Assembly: GCA_964599095.1 (NCBI GenBank)
Contig: CAZREB010000017.1
Span: forward strand, 7,203 to 39,202
Origin: an uncultured Bordetella sp.
GTDB lineage: Bacteria > Pseudomonadota > Gammaproteobacteria > Burkholderiales > SG8-39
Direction of reading: 5' to 3'
Length of the DNA: 32,000 bases
Part shown: one piece after another, positions 1-13,114 of the stretch
How the letters are laid out: the number at the start of each line of letters is the position of its first letter
Numbering within the stretch: position 1 is the first letter of the stretch
Position numbers and translations under genes: made by a program
Notes under the pieces: model-generated
Database searches by the model: none
Told to the model about the DNA's origin: nothing
The model's input: the letters and a program-made list of their open reading frames with translations, nothing else

Positions 1-2
1 GC

Positions 3-887
<885 letters not shown>

Positions 888-924
888 AAACCGGCGTAAT
901 TGAGAATTGGACTGAGGAGTCGCG

Positions 925-5124
<4,200 letters not shown>

Positions 5125-5143
5125 GGCGCAGGCACGAATGGAC

Positions 5144-5174
5144 AAAGGGCGGCTTCGGCCGCCCTTTTTCTTTT
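5144..5174 (+). terminator. Rho-independent terminator of the rpoBC operon
   Basis: Perfect 10-bp stem AAAGGGCGGC / GCCGCCCTTT (5144-5153 paired with 5158-5167) with a TTCG tetraloop. It runs into the T-rich tract TTTTTCTTTT, 20 nt after the rpoC stop. Confidence 0.85.
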
Positions 5175-5214
5175 GCCTACAATAGGTATCGTCCATCCGT
5201 CGGGCCAGTCCTGC

Positions 5215-6921
5215 ATGCGCAGGGATTTCTGCCTCGTTGTCGCCGTGCTTGTTGCGGCGCTGAATCTTTGGGACCCGCCACTTCCATGGTTGCGTGAGGG
5301 GACGATCTACGTTTCGCCCGACGGCAGCGACTGGAACTTCGGCACGACTCCCGAATCTGCGGTCGCGACGATCCAACGGGCGGTCGACATGGTCTCCCCC
5401 GGCGAAACAATTGCGCTCCTGCCCGGTGTCTACAGAGAGGAGGTCCACGTCCGGCGGGGAGGCACGTCAGGCAATCCCATAGTCTTGAAGGCTCTTCAGC
5501 CGGGTACAGTCACGATCAGCGGTGCGGCCCCTGACGCCATGGTCGAACGACTGGACTGGCGCGCGGAAGGGGGCAAGATGTGGTCGGCCGCGACGCCGTG
5601 GCCAATCTACCACGTCATTGGCGACGGGGAGAATTTCTACCATGTGCGCTGGGCAGACCCGCACGGCGACAACGTCTACGATTGGGTGGGCACCAGCGGC
5701 CGGGCGCAGATCGTGCGGGACCTTTCCGACCGCCCGAATGCGCGCGGTATCTTTGCCTACGAACAGGGGCGCCTTTTCGTCGCATTCGCAGACGGGCGCT
5801 CCCCGCGCGCCCACAAGTTGCAGGTCAATCGCGAGATCCCGCGTCCTTACGCCTCATGGTCGATCCGCTCGGCCAACGTTTGGGTCGAGGCCCCTTACGT
5901 CCATCTCGAAGGGCTGCGCTTCCATCTGGGCGCGGGTTCCGGCGTGCTCCTCTGGGATGCGCACGACGTCGTTGTGCGCGATTCGGCAATCACGGGCGCC
6001 ATGTTCGGCATTGCCGGCTTCCCGAGAGTCGGCCTGCCCAGGGGCATAGTCGTGGAGCGCTCCTTCTACAACAACTATCCCCAGCGCGACTGGTTGCGCG
6101 ACTGGCTGACCGGGGAAGAGATCTACAGCCACCACTCGAATTCCACCCTCATTGGCACTTTTGGCGACGGCATTGTGGCGCGCAACAACCTGGTCACGCA
6201 TGCCGGGGACGGCATGGAGCTGAGCACCCCCGATACGGGCGTCGCCAATGGGGTGGAAATCTATGGCAACTTGCTCGCCGGCGGCACCGACGACGCGTTT
6301 GAGCTGGATGGGCCTGCGATACAGGTTGTCGTCCACCACAACCTCGTCTACGACTTCGGTGTCGACTTGGGGTTGAGCCCGGTGCTTTCCGGCCCGGTAG
6401 TCGTCCGGGAGAACCTCTTCCTGCCATCGGCGCCTGAACGGCCAGGTGCACACCTGAAGCTGATGAATCCGTGGGTTGCCAGAAAAGGACGACTGTCCGG
6501 GCATATTCGCAACGTAACCGTCGAGAGGAACGTGTTCGGCGGCAAATGGCTTTGCTACTGCGCTTCGCCGCTGGACAACGTGCGGATCGTGAACAATGTG
6601 TTCGCACATTCCCGGCCCGACAAGCGCTTCGGCTTGCCGCAGGATGCGGCGCATGCCGGCAACAACACCTTTCTCCCCGCCACGGGTCACGCCCTCCGTC
6701 CGGAGGCCGCCTGCGATTTGAAGTCGAGCGCCGGGTTGCCGGCCGCAATCCAAGGGTCGCCCCCAGCGTTCCCGACCCCGGCGACTGGTTCACCGGGAGC
6801 CGCTCGGTTTGTCGTCGAGCGCCCAGGTCCATCGTGGATGGATTACGCCGCGGATCCGGCATCCCGGGATGTCGCCGACCTTGCCGATGAGTGGCGCCGG
6901 GCGGTGAAGAAATGCGACTGA
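5215..6921 (+). CDS. Right-handed parallel beta-helix repeat protein (pectate-lyase/polysaccharide-lyase-like fold) with N-terminal signal anchor
   Basis: The N-terminal hydrophobic segment 'CLVVAVLVAALNLW' is followed by 'YVSPDGSDWNFGTTPESAVATIQRAVDMVSPGETIALLPGVYREEV', typical of beta-helix glycan-active proteins. Repeated 'N..V....G' turns occur further on. I prefer the ATG at 5215 to the track's TTG at 5173, which lies inside the rpoC terminator T-tract. Confidence 0.7.
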   Translation: MRRDFCLVVAVLVAALNLWDPPLPWLREGTIYVSPDGSDWNFGTTPESAVATIQRAVDMVSPGETIALLPGVYREEVHVRRGGTSGNPIVLKALQPGTVTISGAAPDAMVERLDWRAEGGKMWSAATPWPIYHVIGDGENFYHVRWADPHGDNVYDWVGTSGRAQIVRDLSDRPNARGIFAYEQGRLFVAFADGRSPRAHKLQVNREIPRPYASWSIRSANVWVEAPYVHLEGLRFHLGAGSGVLLWDAHDVVVRDSAITGAMFGIAGFPRVGLPRGIVVERSFYNNYPQRDWLRDWLTGEEIYSHHSNSTLIGTFGDGIVARNNLVTHAGDGMELSTPDTGVANGVEIYGNLLAGGTDDAFELDGPAIQVVVHHNLVYDFGVDLGLSPVLSGPVVVRENLFLPSAPERPGAHLKLMNPWVARKGRLSGHIRNVTVERNVFGGKWLCYCASPLDNVRIVNNVFAHSRPDKRFGLPQDAAHAGNNTFLPATGHALRPEAACDLKSSAGLPAAIQGSPPAFPTPATGSPGAARFVVERPGPSWMDYAADPASRDVADLADEWRRAVKKCD

Positions 6922-7409
6922 GGCTCTGGTGCGGGATTGTCGCCGTTGCCAGCGCGATTGGCGCGGTCTCTGGGTGGGCGGTCGGCGAGTTGCTGGCCAG
7001 GATTAGCGGCGACTACGTCGTCGCCGTGGCCGGTTACGTGGCAGGCGGGCTGCGCGCAGGATTGCTGGGCGGAACGGTGTTGGCTGCGTCCAACCTCATG
7101 ACGGCAAAGCCGTTGATCGGGGCGAAAGGGATTTCGCACGCCCTCATGTTGTCGGTCATGGCCGGAGCCTGCCTCGTTTGCGCAAGTGCGGTCGCCGGAC
7201 TGCTTCTACCCTTCTTACTTGACATGACTGCGGAGGACTACAACCTCGCGCATCCGCGGCGCTACGCGCTGTTCCTCGTGCTTGACCGTAGCTGGCTAGC
7301 CGCTGTCCTGCTTGGGGCCTACGCGGGAAGCCACTGGTCCTGGCGGAAGCGCTGCAGCCTGGACGCTGTGTGCGAGGGCGAGCCCGAGCAGGAAGTTGAC
7401 CGGAAATAG
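6912..7409 (+). CDS. Small hydrophobic membrane protein (about 4 predicted TM helices), function unknown
   Basis: The ATG at 6912 overlaps the upstream stop (ATGCGACTGA), which suggests translational coupling. Codon third positions are GC-rich and there are four Ala/Gly/Leu-rich hydrophobic stretches. The 3' end overlaps the convergent gene by 114 nt, which lowers confidence. Confidence 0.4.
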   Translation: MRLRLWCGIVAVASAIGAVSGWAVGELLARISGDYVVAVAGYVAGGLRAGLLGGTVLAASNLMTAKPLIGAKGISHALMLSVMAGACLVCASAVAGLLLPFLLDMTAEDYNLAHPRRYALFLVLDRSWLAAVLLGAYAGSHWSWRKRCSLDAVCEGEPEQEVDRK

Positions 7410-8726
7410 CTCGGTGATCTTGGCCGTCAGGCCGGAGACTGCGACGACGAGGTAAAAGAACCGAGTGCGACCATCCTTCCACGAGGCCCATGCGAGCACG
7501 AGGTAAAAAGCCAGCAGGCCGGCCAGGCCGGATTGTTGCAAAAGGGCGACGACGCCGGACTCCGCACCCATCGGCGGATAGGCCGAGGAGGGTGCAAGGA
7601 AGGCGGGAGTGCCCCCTTGAAACAGGTTGGCTTCGACGTTGGAGCCTACGCCCAGTCCGCTCCCGAAAAGCCACACGAGCCCGTTGCTCGAGCGGACAGT
7701 GGACGCGACTTCGTCCAGCCGCGCGCCTGCGCCGAGCACCGAGTCGAAAACATCGGAACGACCGGTGACCGTCGGAAGCGCAAGCATCATCAGGCCGCCG
7801 AGCGCGGCCGCACCAATCCAGGCTGCAGCGCGGTACTCGGCCTTCGTATCCGAGGTGAGGATGACAAGGAAGAAGAGCAGAAGCCCGACCAAGGCAGTGG
7901 CGCTCCCGCTTGCCGCCACGAGCAGTGCAGTAATTGCAGCCAGGGACTTGAAGTATTTCCGATCGTCCGAAAAGGCGTGATGAAAGGCAAGCGCGGAAAC
8001 CGCGAAGATGCCGAAGCTGTTTGGCGCAACCAGCGTTCCACTCAACCTCCGTATAATCGACGTGTCGCCAAAATGTCCGTGGATGTGCATTCCATACGCG
8101 AACTCGAGTGGCATCAGGAGCGCTTCGAGTCCCAGCAACAGGGCGATGAATCGAGCAAAAATGCCAATATCGCCTGCGGCCCACGTGCCCGTGAATGCGA
8201 CAGCAAGGAATAGGTACGGTCTCAGGCCCGCCACTGCGAACGTGCTGCCATGGCTCAACCACGAAATCACAAAGCCCAACAGCACAACGGCTGCGAGGGC
8301 GAGCAGGGGCTGGCAAGAGCGGGTGTGCGTCCGTCTCGGACCGTGGGTCCAGGCCATTTGCAGTGACATGAGGATGAACACGACCCCAAGGACGTCTTTC
8401 AGGAGTTTCAGGCCGACTTCGAACTCGTCTGGGAGGTAAAGGTAGGCCGTCGCGGATTGCTCGAAGGCATCGAGGTGCGACGGCCTTTCTATCGAGTCCT
8501 GGCCCGCCTCGCAGGGGCAGGAAGCCGTTAGGGTCCAGCGCGCGAGATCGGTCCTGCTATCGCAGTGGGCGCGCCAATAGGCCTGGTAGGACGCATGGTC
8601 GATTACACCGACCCGCTTTAGGTAGGTCACGGCGCCGTTACAGATCGATGCAAGCACGAGGCCAGCAGCGAAGAGAATGACCAGTTGCCTGTGCAGTGCG
8701 GCCGGGGGCCTCTCGGGAATTGTCAT
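7296..8726 (-). CDS. O-antigen ligase / O-antigen polymerase (Wzy_C-like) family polytopic membrane protein
   Basis: 476 aa with at least 10 hydrophobic helices. The central segment 'ITALLVAASGSATALVGLLLFFLVILTS' resembles the O-antigen-ligase domain core. The N-terminal loop is Cys-rich (CNGAV...HC...CPCE). Confidence 0.6.
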   Translation of the reverse strand: MTIPERPPAALHRQLVILFAAGLVLASICNGAVTYLKRVGVIDHASYQAYWRAHCDSRTDLARWTLTASCPCEAGQDSIERPSHLDAFEQSATAYLYLPDEFEVGLKLLKDVLGVVFILMSLQMAWTHGPRRTHTRSCQPLLALAAVVLLGFVISWLSHGSTFAVAGLRPYLFLAVAFTGTWAAGDIGIFARFIALLLGLEALLMPLEFAYGMHIHGHFGDTSIIRRLSGTLVAPNSFGIFAVSALAFHHAFSDDRKYFKSLAAITALLVAASGSATALVGLLLFFLVILTSDTKAEYRAAAWIGAAALGGLMMLALPTVTGRSDVFDSVLGAGARLDEVASTVRSSNGLVWLFGSGLGVGSNVEANLFQGGTPAFLAPSSAYPPMGAESGVVALLQQSGLAGLLAFYLVLAWASWKDGRTRFFYLVVAVSGLTAKITELFPVNFLLGLALAHSVQAAALPPGPVASRVGPKQDSG

Positions 8727-8739
8727 GGGCAGGCTCTAC

Positions 8740-8745
8740 TATAAT
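8740..8745 (+). promoter_or_regulatory. Candidate -10 box (TATAAT) for the aldolase-family gene
   Basis: A perfect TATAAT lies 28 nt upstream of the ATG at 8774, inside the 47-nt divergent intergenic region. The nearest -35-like TTGTCA (8720-8725) is only 14 nt away, which is a poor spacing. Confidence 0.25.
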
Positions 8746-8773
8746 CCGGTGATCAGGACGCAGAGGATCTCTC

Positions 8774-9532
8774 ATGGGCAAAGCCGAGTACGTCGAATCG
8801 AAAGCAGGGTTGGAGCGTGCTGCGCGCATCGACCTGGCGGCGGCCTTCCGTCTGGCCGTGCGCCTGGACATGCACGAAGGCGTCTGTAACCACTTCTCGT
8901 TGATGCTGCCCGGCAACCGCGACCGGTTCCTGCTCAACCGCTTCGGGCTTCACTGGAGCGAAGTTTCCGCATCGAACCTGCTGGCGCTCGATGCGTCCGG
9001 GAACATTCTCGAAGGCGAGGGCGATTTCGAAAAGACGGCCTTCTACATCCATTCACGCATCCACCTCGCCAATCCGAATGCAGCGTGCGTTCTGCACACC
9101 CACATGCCCTATGCGACCGCGCTTACGCTGACCATTCCAGGGCGTCTGGAGATGGTTGAGCAGAACGCGCTGCGCTTTGTCGATGACATTGCCTATGACG
9201 ATGAGTACAACGGGCTCGTCGTCGACAATGCCGAAGGGGATCGGCTTGCGCGCGTGCTTGGCGACAAGCGCGTCATGTTCCTCGCCAACCACGGAGTGAT
9301 CGCGGTCGGCAGGAGCGTTGCCGAAGCGTTCGACCTGCTGTATTACCTCGAACGGGCGTGCCGCCTGCAGGTGCTGGCGCTTTCGACCGGCCGCGCATTG
9401 CGCCCTGTGAGGGACGCGGTGGCGCGCGCCACATATGCAATGCTCCTGGAGCAGAACACCCTGTACGCCGAGGCGCACTTCGGCGCGCTCAAGCGCCTCC
9501 TCGATCGCGAGGAACCCGATTACGTCCACTGA
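8774..9532 (+). CDS. Class II aldolase/adducin-family protein
   Basis: 252 aa. It has the metal-binding 'VLHTHMPYATALT' and 'MFLANHGVIAVGRSVAEAF' motifs characteristic of the class II aldolase/adducin N-terminal domain. Confidence 0.85.
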   Translation: MGKAEYVESKAGLERAARIDLAAAFRLAVRLDMHEGVCNHFSLMLPGNRDRFLLNRFGLHWSEVSASNLLALDASGNILEGEGDFEKTAFYIHSRIHLANPNAACVLHTHMPYATALTLTIPGRLEMVEQNALRFVDDIAYDDEYNGLVVDNAEGDRLARVLGDKRVMFLANHGVIAVGRSVAEAFDLLYYLERACRLQVLALSTGRALRPVRDAVARATYAMLLEQNTLYAEAHFGALKRLLDREEPDYVH

Positions 9533-10070
9533 CCTTCGCATTCGGCCGGCAACGCCGGACGACCTGCCGGCAATTCAGGCGATCTACGCGCACCATGTTC
9601 TCCATGGGCTGGCTTCATTCGAGGAAGTCCCGCCGGACGTTGTCGAGATGCGCCGCCGCTTCCAAGAGGTTGTTTCGCGCGGCCTGCCCTACCTGGCGGC
9701 GGATCGCGCCGGTGAGGTCGTGGGCTTTGGCTACTGCAACCTGTTTCGCACGCGCTCGGCCTACCGGTTCGCGCTCGAGGACTCGATCTACGTCAGGGAT
9801 GGCCTGCAAGGCAAGGGGATAGGGCGGGCGCTCCTTTCGGTGCTTATCGAACGCTGCACCGAACTCGGCTACCGCCAGCTGATCGCGGTGATCGGCGACA
9901 GCGGCAACGCGGGTTCGATCGGCCTGCACGCCAGCCTCGGCTTCCTGCGTTCCGGGACGCTTCGCTCCACCGGCTTCAAGTTCGGCCGTTGGGTGGACAC
10001 CGTGACGATGCAACGGCCACTGGGCGAGGGCGATGGGAGCCTGCCCGCGGGGGACCCTGTCTCGGGCTGA
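9435..10070 (+). CDS. GNAT N-acetyltransferase, phosphinothricin-acetyltransferase (PAT/YncA/MnaT)-like
   Basis: 'IRPATPDDLPAIQAIYAHHVLHGLASFEEVPP...' together with the acetyl-CoA motif 'RDGLQGKGIGRALL' and 'FKFGRWVDTVTMQRPL' are typical of the PAT family. The start is uncertain. The only canonical start codon in frame is the ATG at 9435, which lies 98 nt inside the aldolase gene. The homologous domain begins at about 9537. Confidence 0.8.
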   Translation: MQCSWSRTPCTPRRTSARSSASSIARNPITSTDLRIRPATPDDLPAIQAIYAHHVLHGLASFEEVPPDVVEMRRRFQEVVSRGLPYLAADRAGEVVGFGYCNLFRTRSAYRFALEDSIYVRDGLQGKGIGRALLSVLIERCTELGYRQLIAVIGDSGNAGSIGLHASLGFLRSGTLRSTGFKFGRWVDTVTMQRPLGEGDGSLPAGDPVSG

Positions 10071-10071
10071 A

Positions 10072-10998
10072 TCAGGCCGGGGTGCGCTGCTCCGTCATCT
10101 TCAGCAGCGCGTAAAGGGTCTCGAGGCGGGGAGCGGCGACCCCCAGTTTGCGAGCGGCGCGCACGACGTTGCCCAGCAGCGCCTCGGTCTCCAATGGCCG
10201 GCCAGCCAACTGGTCCTGCCCCATGCTCGAGATGTAGTTCGGCAACTTGCGGGTGCCGGCGATCAGCTTGTCCGCTGTGTCGGCATCGAGCCGGTGTCCC
10301 GACGCATCGGCGATCGCACAGTACTCTTCTATTGCAGCACGCACGAAATCCGTTGTTGCCTCGCTTGCAAGCATGTCCTGCGTTCCCAAGCCGCCGCCGA
10401 GCGCCGAAATCGGGTTGAGGACCGAGTTCCACGCGCACTTCTGCCAGCGGGCGCCAACGATGTCCTCGGTAAGCGCGCTGCTGGAGCCTCCCTTCTTGAT
10501 GAGGTTTGCAAAGTGCGATGCCCGTTTCGAGCCGCCTCCCGGATAGCGGCCAAGCACCAGGCGGGTAAATTGCGAATGGTGCTTGATGACGCTTCCTTCG
10601 CGGCTGACTGCTGCATAAGCCACGCCGGAAATCAGTTCATTGTCTGGGAAAGCCGCCGCCAACGGCGCGTCGATGCCAACGCCGTTGGCGACGAAGACGA
10701 TCGCAGTCTCCTTCCCTAGTGCCTGACCGATCAGCGCAACCGGATCGGTCATTGCCGTAAGCTTCAGGCAGACGAGCAGGTAGTCGGCGGGACCCTGATA
10801 GTCCGCACTCGCGCGCACAAGCTGCGCAGGCCGCCAGGACAAGTCGCCAAGGTGGCTCTCAATGCGGTATCCGCCGGCCGCGATCGCCTCGTAGCCCGAG
10901 CGGGCGACGGCCGAAACCTCACAACCGGCGCGGGCCAGCACACCGCCATAGAAGGCACCGATTGCGCCGGCGCCGATGACAAGAACCCTGTCGGCCAT
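10072..10998 (-). CDS. 2-dehydropantoate 2-reductase (ketopantoate reductase, PanE/ApbA) family oxidoreductase
   Basis: I chose the ATG at 10998 ('MADRVLVIGAGAIGAFYGGVLARAG', a Rossmann GxGxxG) over the longer Arg-rich track extension. The C-terminal 'SSMGQDQLAGRPLETEALLGNVV' matches the ApbA_C pattern. Confidence 0.85.
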   Translation of the reverse strand: MADRVLVIGAGAIGAFYGGVLARAGCEVSAVARSGYEAIAAGGYRIESHLGDLSWRPAQLVRASADYQGPADYLLVCLKLTAMTDPVALIGQALGKETAIVFVANGVGIDAPLAAAFPDNELISGVAYAAVSREGSVIKHHSQFTRLVLGRYPGGGSKRASHFANLIKKGGSSSALTEDIVGARWQKCAWNSVLNPISALGGGLGTQDMLASEATTDFVRAAIEEYCAIADASGHRLDADTADKLIAGTRKLPNYISSMGQDQLAGRPLETEALLGNVVRAARKLGVAAPRLETLYALLKMTEQRTPA

Positions 10999-11021
10999 TG
11001 GCCGCAAAACCGCGCGGGCGC

Positions 11022-11996
11022 TCAGGGCACGAGTACGACTTTGCCCTTTACCTGCCGGGCGGCCATCATCTTGAGCGCGTCGGCGGCTTTGGACAGCGGG
11101 AACTTCGCCGTGATGTGCGGCTTGAGCTTTCCTTCGCGATACCACTTGCCCAGCTGCGTCACGCTTTGGATGAATTCCTTGGGCTCGCGCTTGGTGAAAT
11201 CGCCCCAGAACACGCCGACGATCGAGCAGCCCTTGAGCAGCGTGAGATTGAGCGGGATCTTCGGGATGTCGCCGGCCGCAAACCCGACGACCAGCAGGCG
11301 GCCACGCCACGCCGTCGAGCGCAGCGCAAGCTCGGTGTAGCTGCCTCCAACGGGGTCGTACACGACATCCACGCCTTTGCCGCCGGTAATCGACTTGATA
11401 CGCTCGCGCAAGTCTTCGCTCGTGTAGTTGATCAACTCGTCCGCGCCGTGCTGCCTGCAGACTTCCAGCTTGTCGTCACTGGACGCGCACGCGATCACTC
11501 TTGCGCCGAGCGCCTTGCCGATTTCGATAGCCGCGATGCCCACGCCGCCCGCGGCGCCGAGCACCAGCAGCGTCTCGCCCGCCTCCAAGGCCGCCCGGTC
11601 GCGCAGCGCATGGTCCGAGGTTCCGTAGGTGAGGATGAACGAAGCGGCGGTCTCGAAATCCATGCCCTCTGGCATCGGGATCAGGCGGTCGGCCTCGGTC
11701 TTTACTTCCTCAGCGAACGCGCCGGCACCGGTAAACGCAATGACCTTGTCGCCGGCCTTGTGCCCGGTCACGCCCTCGCCGACCGACTTGACCACGCCGG
11801 CAAGCTCGCTGCCGGGAGAAAACGGCAGCGGCGGCTTGAACTGGTACTTGTTCTCGATGATCAGGACGTCGGGGAAATTCACACTGGCGGCCTTCACCGT
11901 CACGACTGCCTCCCCCCTGCCGGCGACCGGCGCGGGAATGTCTTCGTAGACCAGGGTGTCCGGAGGGCCGAAGGCCTTGCAGAGCACTGCTTTCAT
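11022..11996 (-). CDS. NADPH:quinone oxidoreductase / zeta-crystallin-type medium-chain dehydrogenase
   Basis: 324 aa. 'MKAVLCKAFGPPDTLVYEDIPAPV', 'VNFPDVLIIENKYQFKPPLPFSPGSELAGVV' and the nucleotide motif 'LVLGAAGGVGIAAIEI' are present. It lies 23 nt upstream of the ketopantoate-reductase-like gene, so the two are probably an operon. Confidence 0.9.
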   Translation of the reverse strand: MKAVLCKAFGPPDTLVYEDIPAPVAGRGEAVVTVKAASVNFPDVLIIENKYQFKPPLPFSPGSELAGVVKSVGEGVTGHKAGDKVIAFTGAGAFAEEVKTEADRLIPMPEGMDFETAASFILTYGTSDHALRDRAALEAGETLLVLGAAGGVGIAAIEIGKALGARVIACASSDDKLEVCRQHGADELINYTSEDLRERIKSITGGKGVDVVYDPVGGSYTELALRSTAWRGRLLVVGFAAGDIPKIPLNLTLLKGCSIVGVFWGDFTKREPKEFIQSVTQLGKWYREGKLKPHITAKFPLSKAADALKMMAARQVKGKVVLVP

Positions 11997-12078
11997 AGGC
12001 GTTTCGCAGGTCGGGCAATAAGGGAACGGAATGATAGCTTAGGATTGCGGAGTCACTGTGCCCCACCGAGGAGAACGC

Positions 12079-13017
12079 ATGTCCGAGATCGTCCTTCACC
12101 ACTATCCCGCTTCGCCTTACGCGGAAAAGATCCGCGCGATCCTCGGCTTCAAAAAGCTCAAGTGGAAGTCGGTAACCATCCCGGCGGTCATGCCTAAGCC
12201 CGATGTGGTGGCGTTGACGGGCGGCTATCGCAGGACCCCGGTGCTCCAAGTCGGAGCGGACGTGTATTGCGATTCCGGCCTGATCGCCCGCGCTCTCGAG
12301 GAAATCGCGCCTTCACCAACCCTGTTTCCCTACGGCGACACACTGGCGTTGAATGCCATCACCTCGTTTGCTGAAGCGGTGCTGTTCAACAATGCGGTGC
12401 CCCTTGCCTTTACGCCCCGGACCCTGGATGTGTTCTTTCCGGACGCGACGCCAGAGTTCATGGATGCGTTTCGCAAGGACCGCGCCGAGATGCGCAAGGG
12501 CGGGACCGTGCGTCGCGGGCCGATCCACGAGAACCGCGCCACCATGCTGCATTTCCTGCCGAAGATCGAATCGCAGTTCAAGGACGGACGGCCATTCGTG
12601 CTGGGATCCTCGGCGTGCCTCGCCGACTTCGGGCTGTACCACACGCTCTGGCCCGTCTGGCGCGCACCAGGCGTGCGTGCCATCCTGAATCCCTTCCCGA
12701 AGACCGATGCGTTCATTGAGCGGGTGGCCAGGCTCGGCCACGGCATGGCGACGGAGATCGAAAGCCGCAAGGCGCTGGAGATCGCGAAGTCTTCCCGGCC
12801 GGCGGATATCGGACGCGGAATCGCGACCGAGCTCGAGAACCTCAGGCTCGGTGACGCGGTGGAGGTGCTGCCAGTCGATTACGGGTTCGATCCCGTGAAG
12901 GGCGACCTGCTGACCGCGACCGCCGATGAAGTCGTTGTGCGCCGGACTGACCCGCGCGCCGGCACGCTCCACGTACATTTTCCTCGCGTGGGATACGAGA
13001 TGCGAAAGGTGGGTTGA
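12079..13017 (+). CDS. Glutathione S-transferase family protein with a C-terminal extension
   Basis: ATG at 12079 with a GAGGAG RBS at 12068-12073. The N-terminal thioredoxin-like GST fold is 'LHHYPASPYAEKIRAILGFKKLKWKSV...RRTPVLQVGADVYCDSGLIARALE'. Confidence 0.85.
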   Translation: MSEIVLHHYPASPYAEKIRAILGFKKLKWKSVTIPAVMPKPDVVALTGGYRRTPVLQVGADVYCDSGLIARALEEIAPSPTLFPYGDTLALNAITSFAEAVLFNNAVPLAFTPRTLDVFFPDATPEFMDAFRKDRAEMRKGGTVRRGPIHENRATMLHFLPKIESQFKDGRPFVLGSSACLADFGLYHTLWPVWRAPGVRAILNPFPKTDAFIERVARLGHGMATEIESRKALEIAKSSRPADIGRGIATELENLRLGDAVEVLPVDYGFDPVKGDLLTATADEVVVRRTDPRAGTLHVHFPRVGYEMRKVG

Positions 13018-13114
13018 TACAGGGTTATTTGCGCCTTGCGCCGGACGAGCGCGTCGCCACGAATCGAGCCGACGGCGCGCTACGACCGCCAACTTTCACA
13101 CCCGGGGGCCCCGT

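Noticed and set aside
7156-8316. 386-aa minus-strand ORF and plus-strand ORFs (7533-8213 and others) overlapping the O-antigen-ligase-like gene
   Set aside because: These are alternative or antisense frames of a coherent polytopic membrane protein. Their products are Arg/Pro/Cys-rich with no domain-like motifs.
10998-12197. 399-aa plus-strand ORF antisense to the quinone oxidoreductase gene
   Set aside because: This is a shadow ORF. The opposite strand encodes a full-length, motif-bearing MDR oxidoreductase, while this translation is Arg/Asp/Leu-rich with no recognisable fold.
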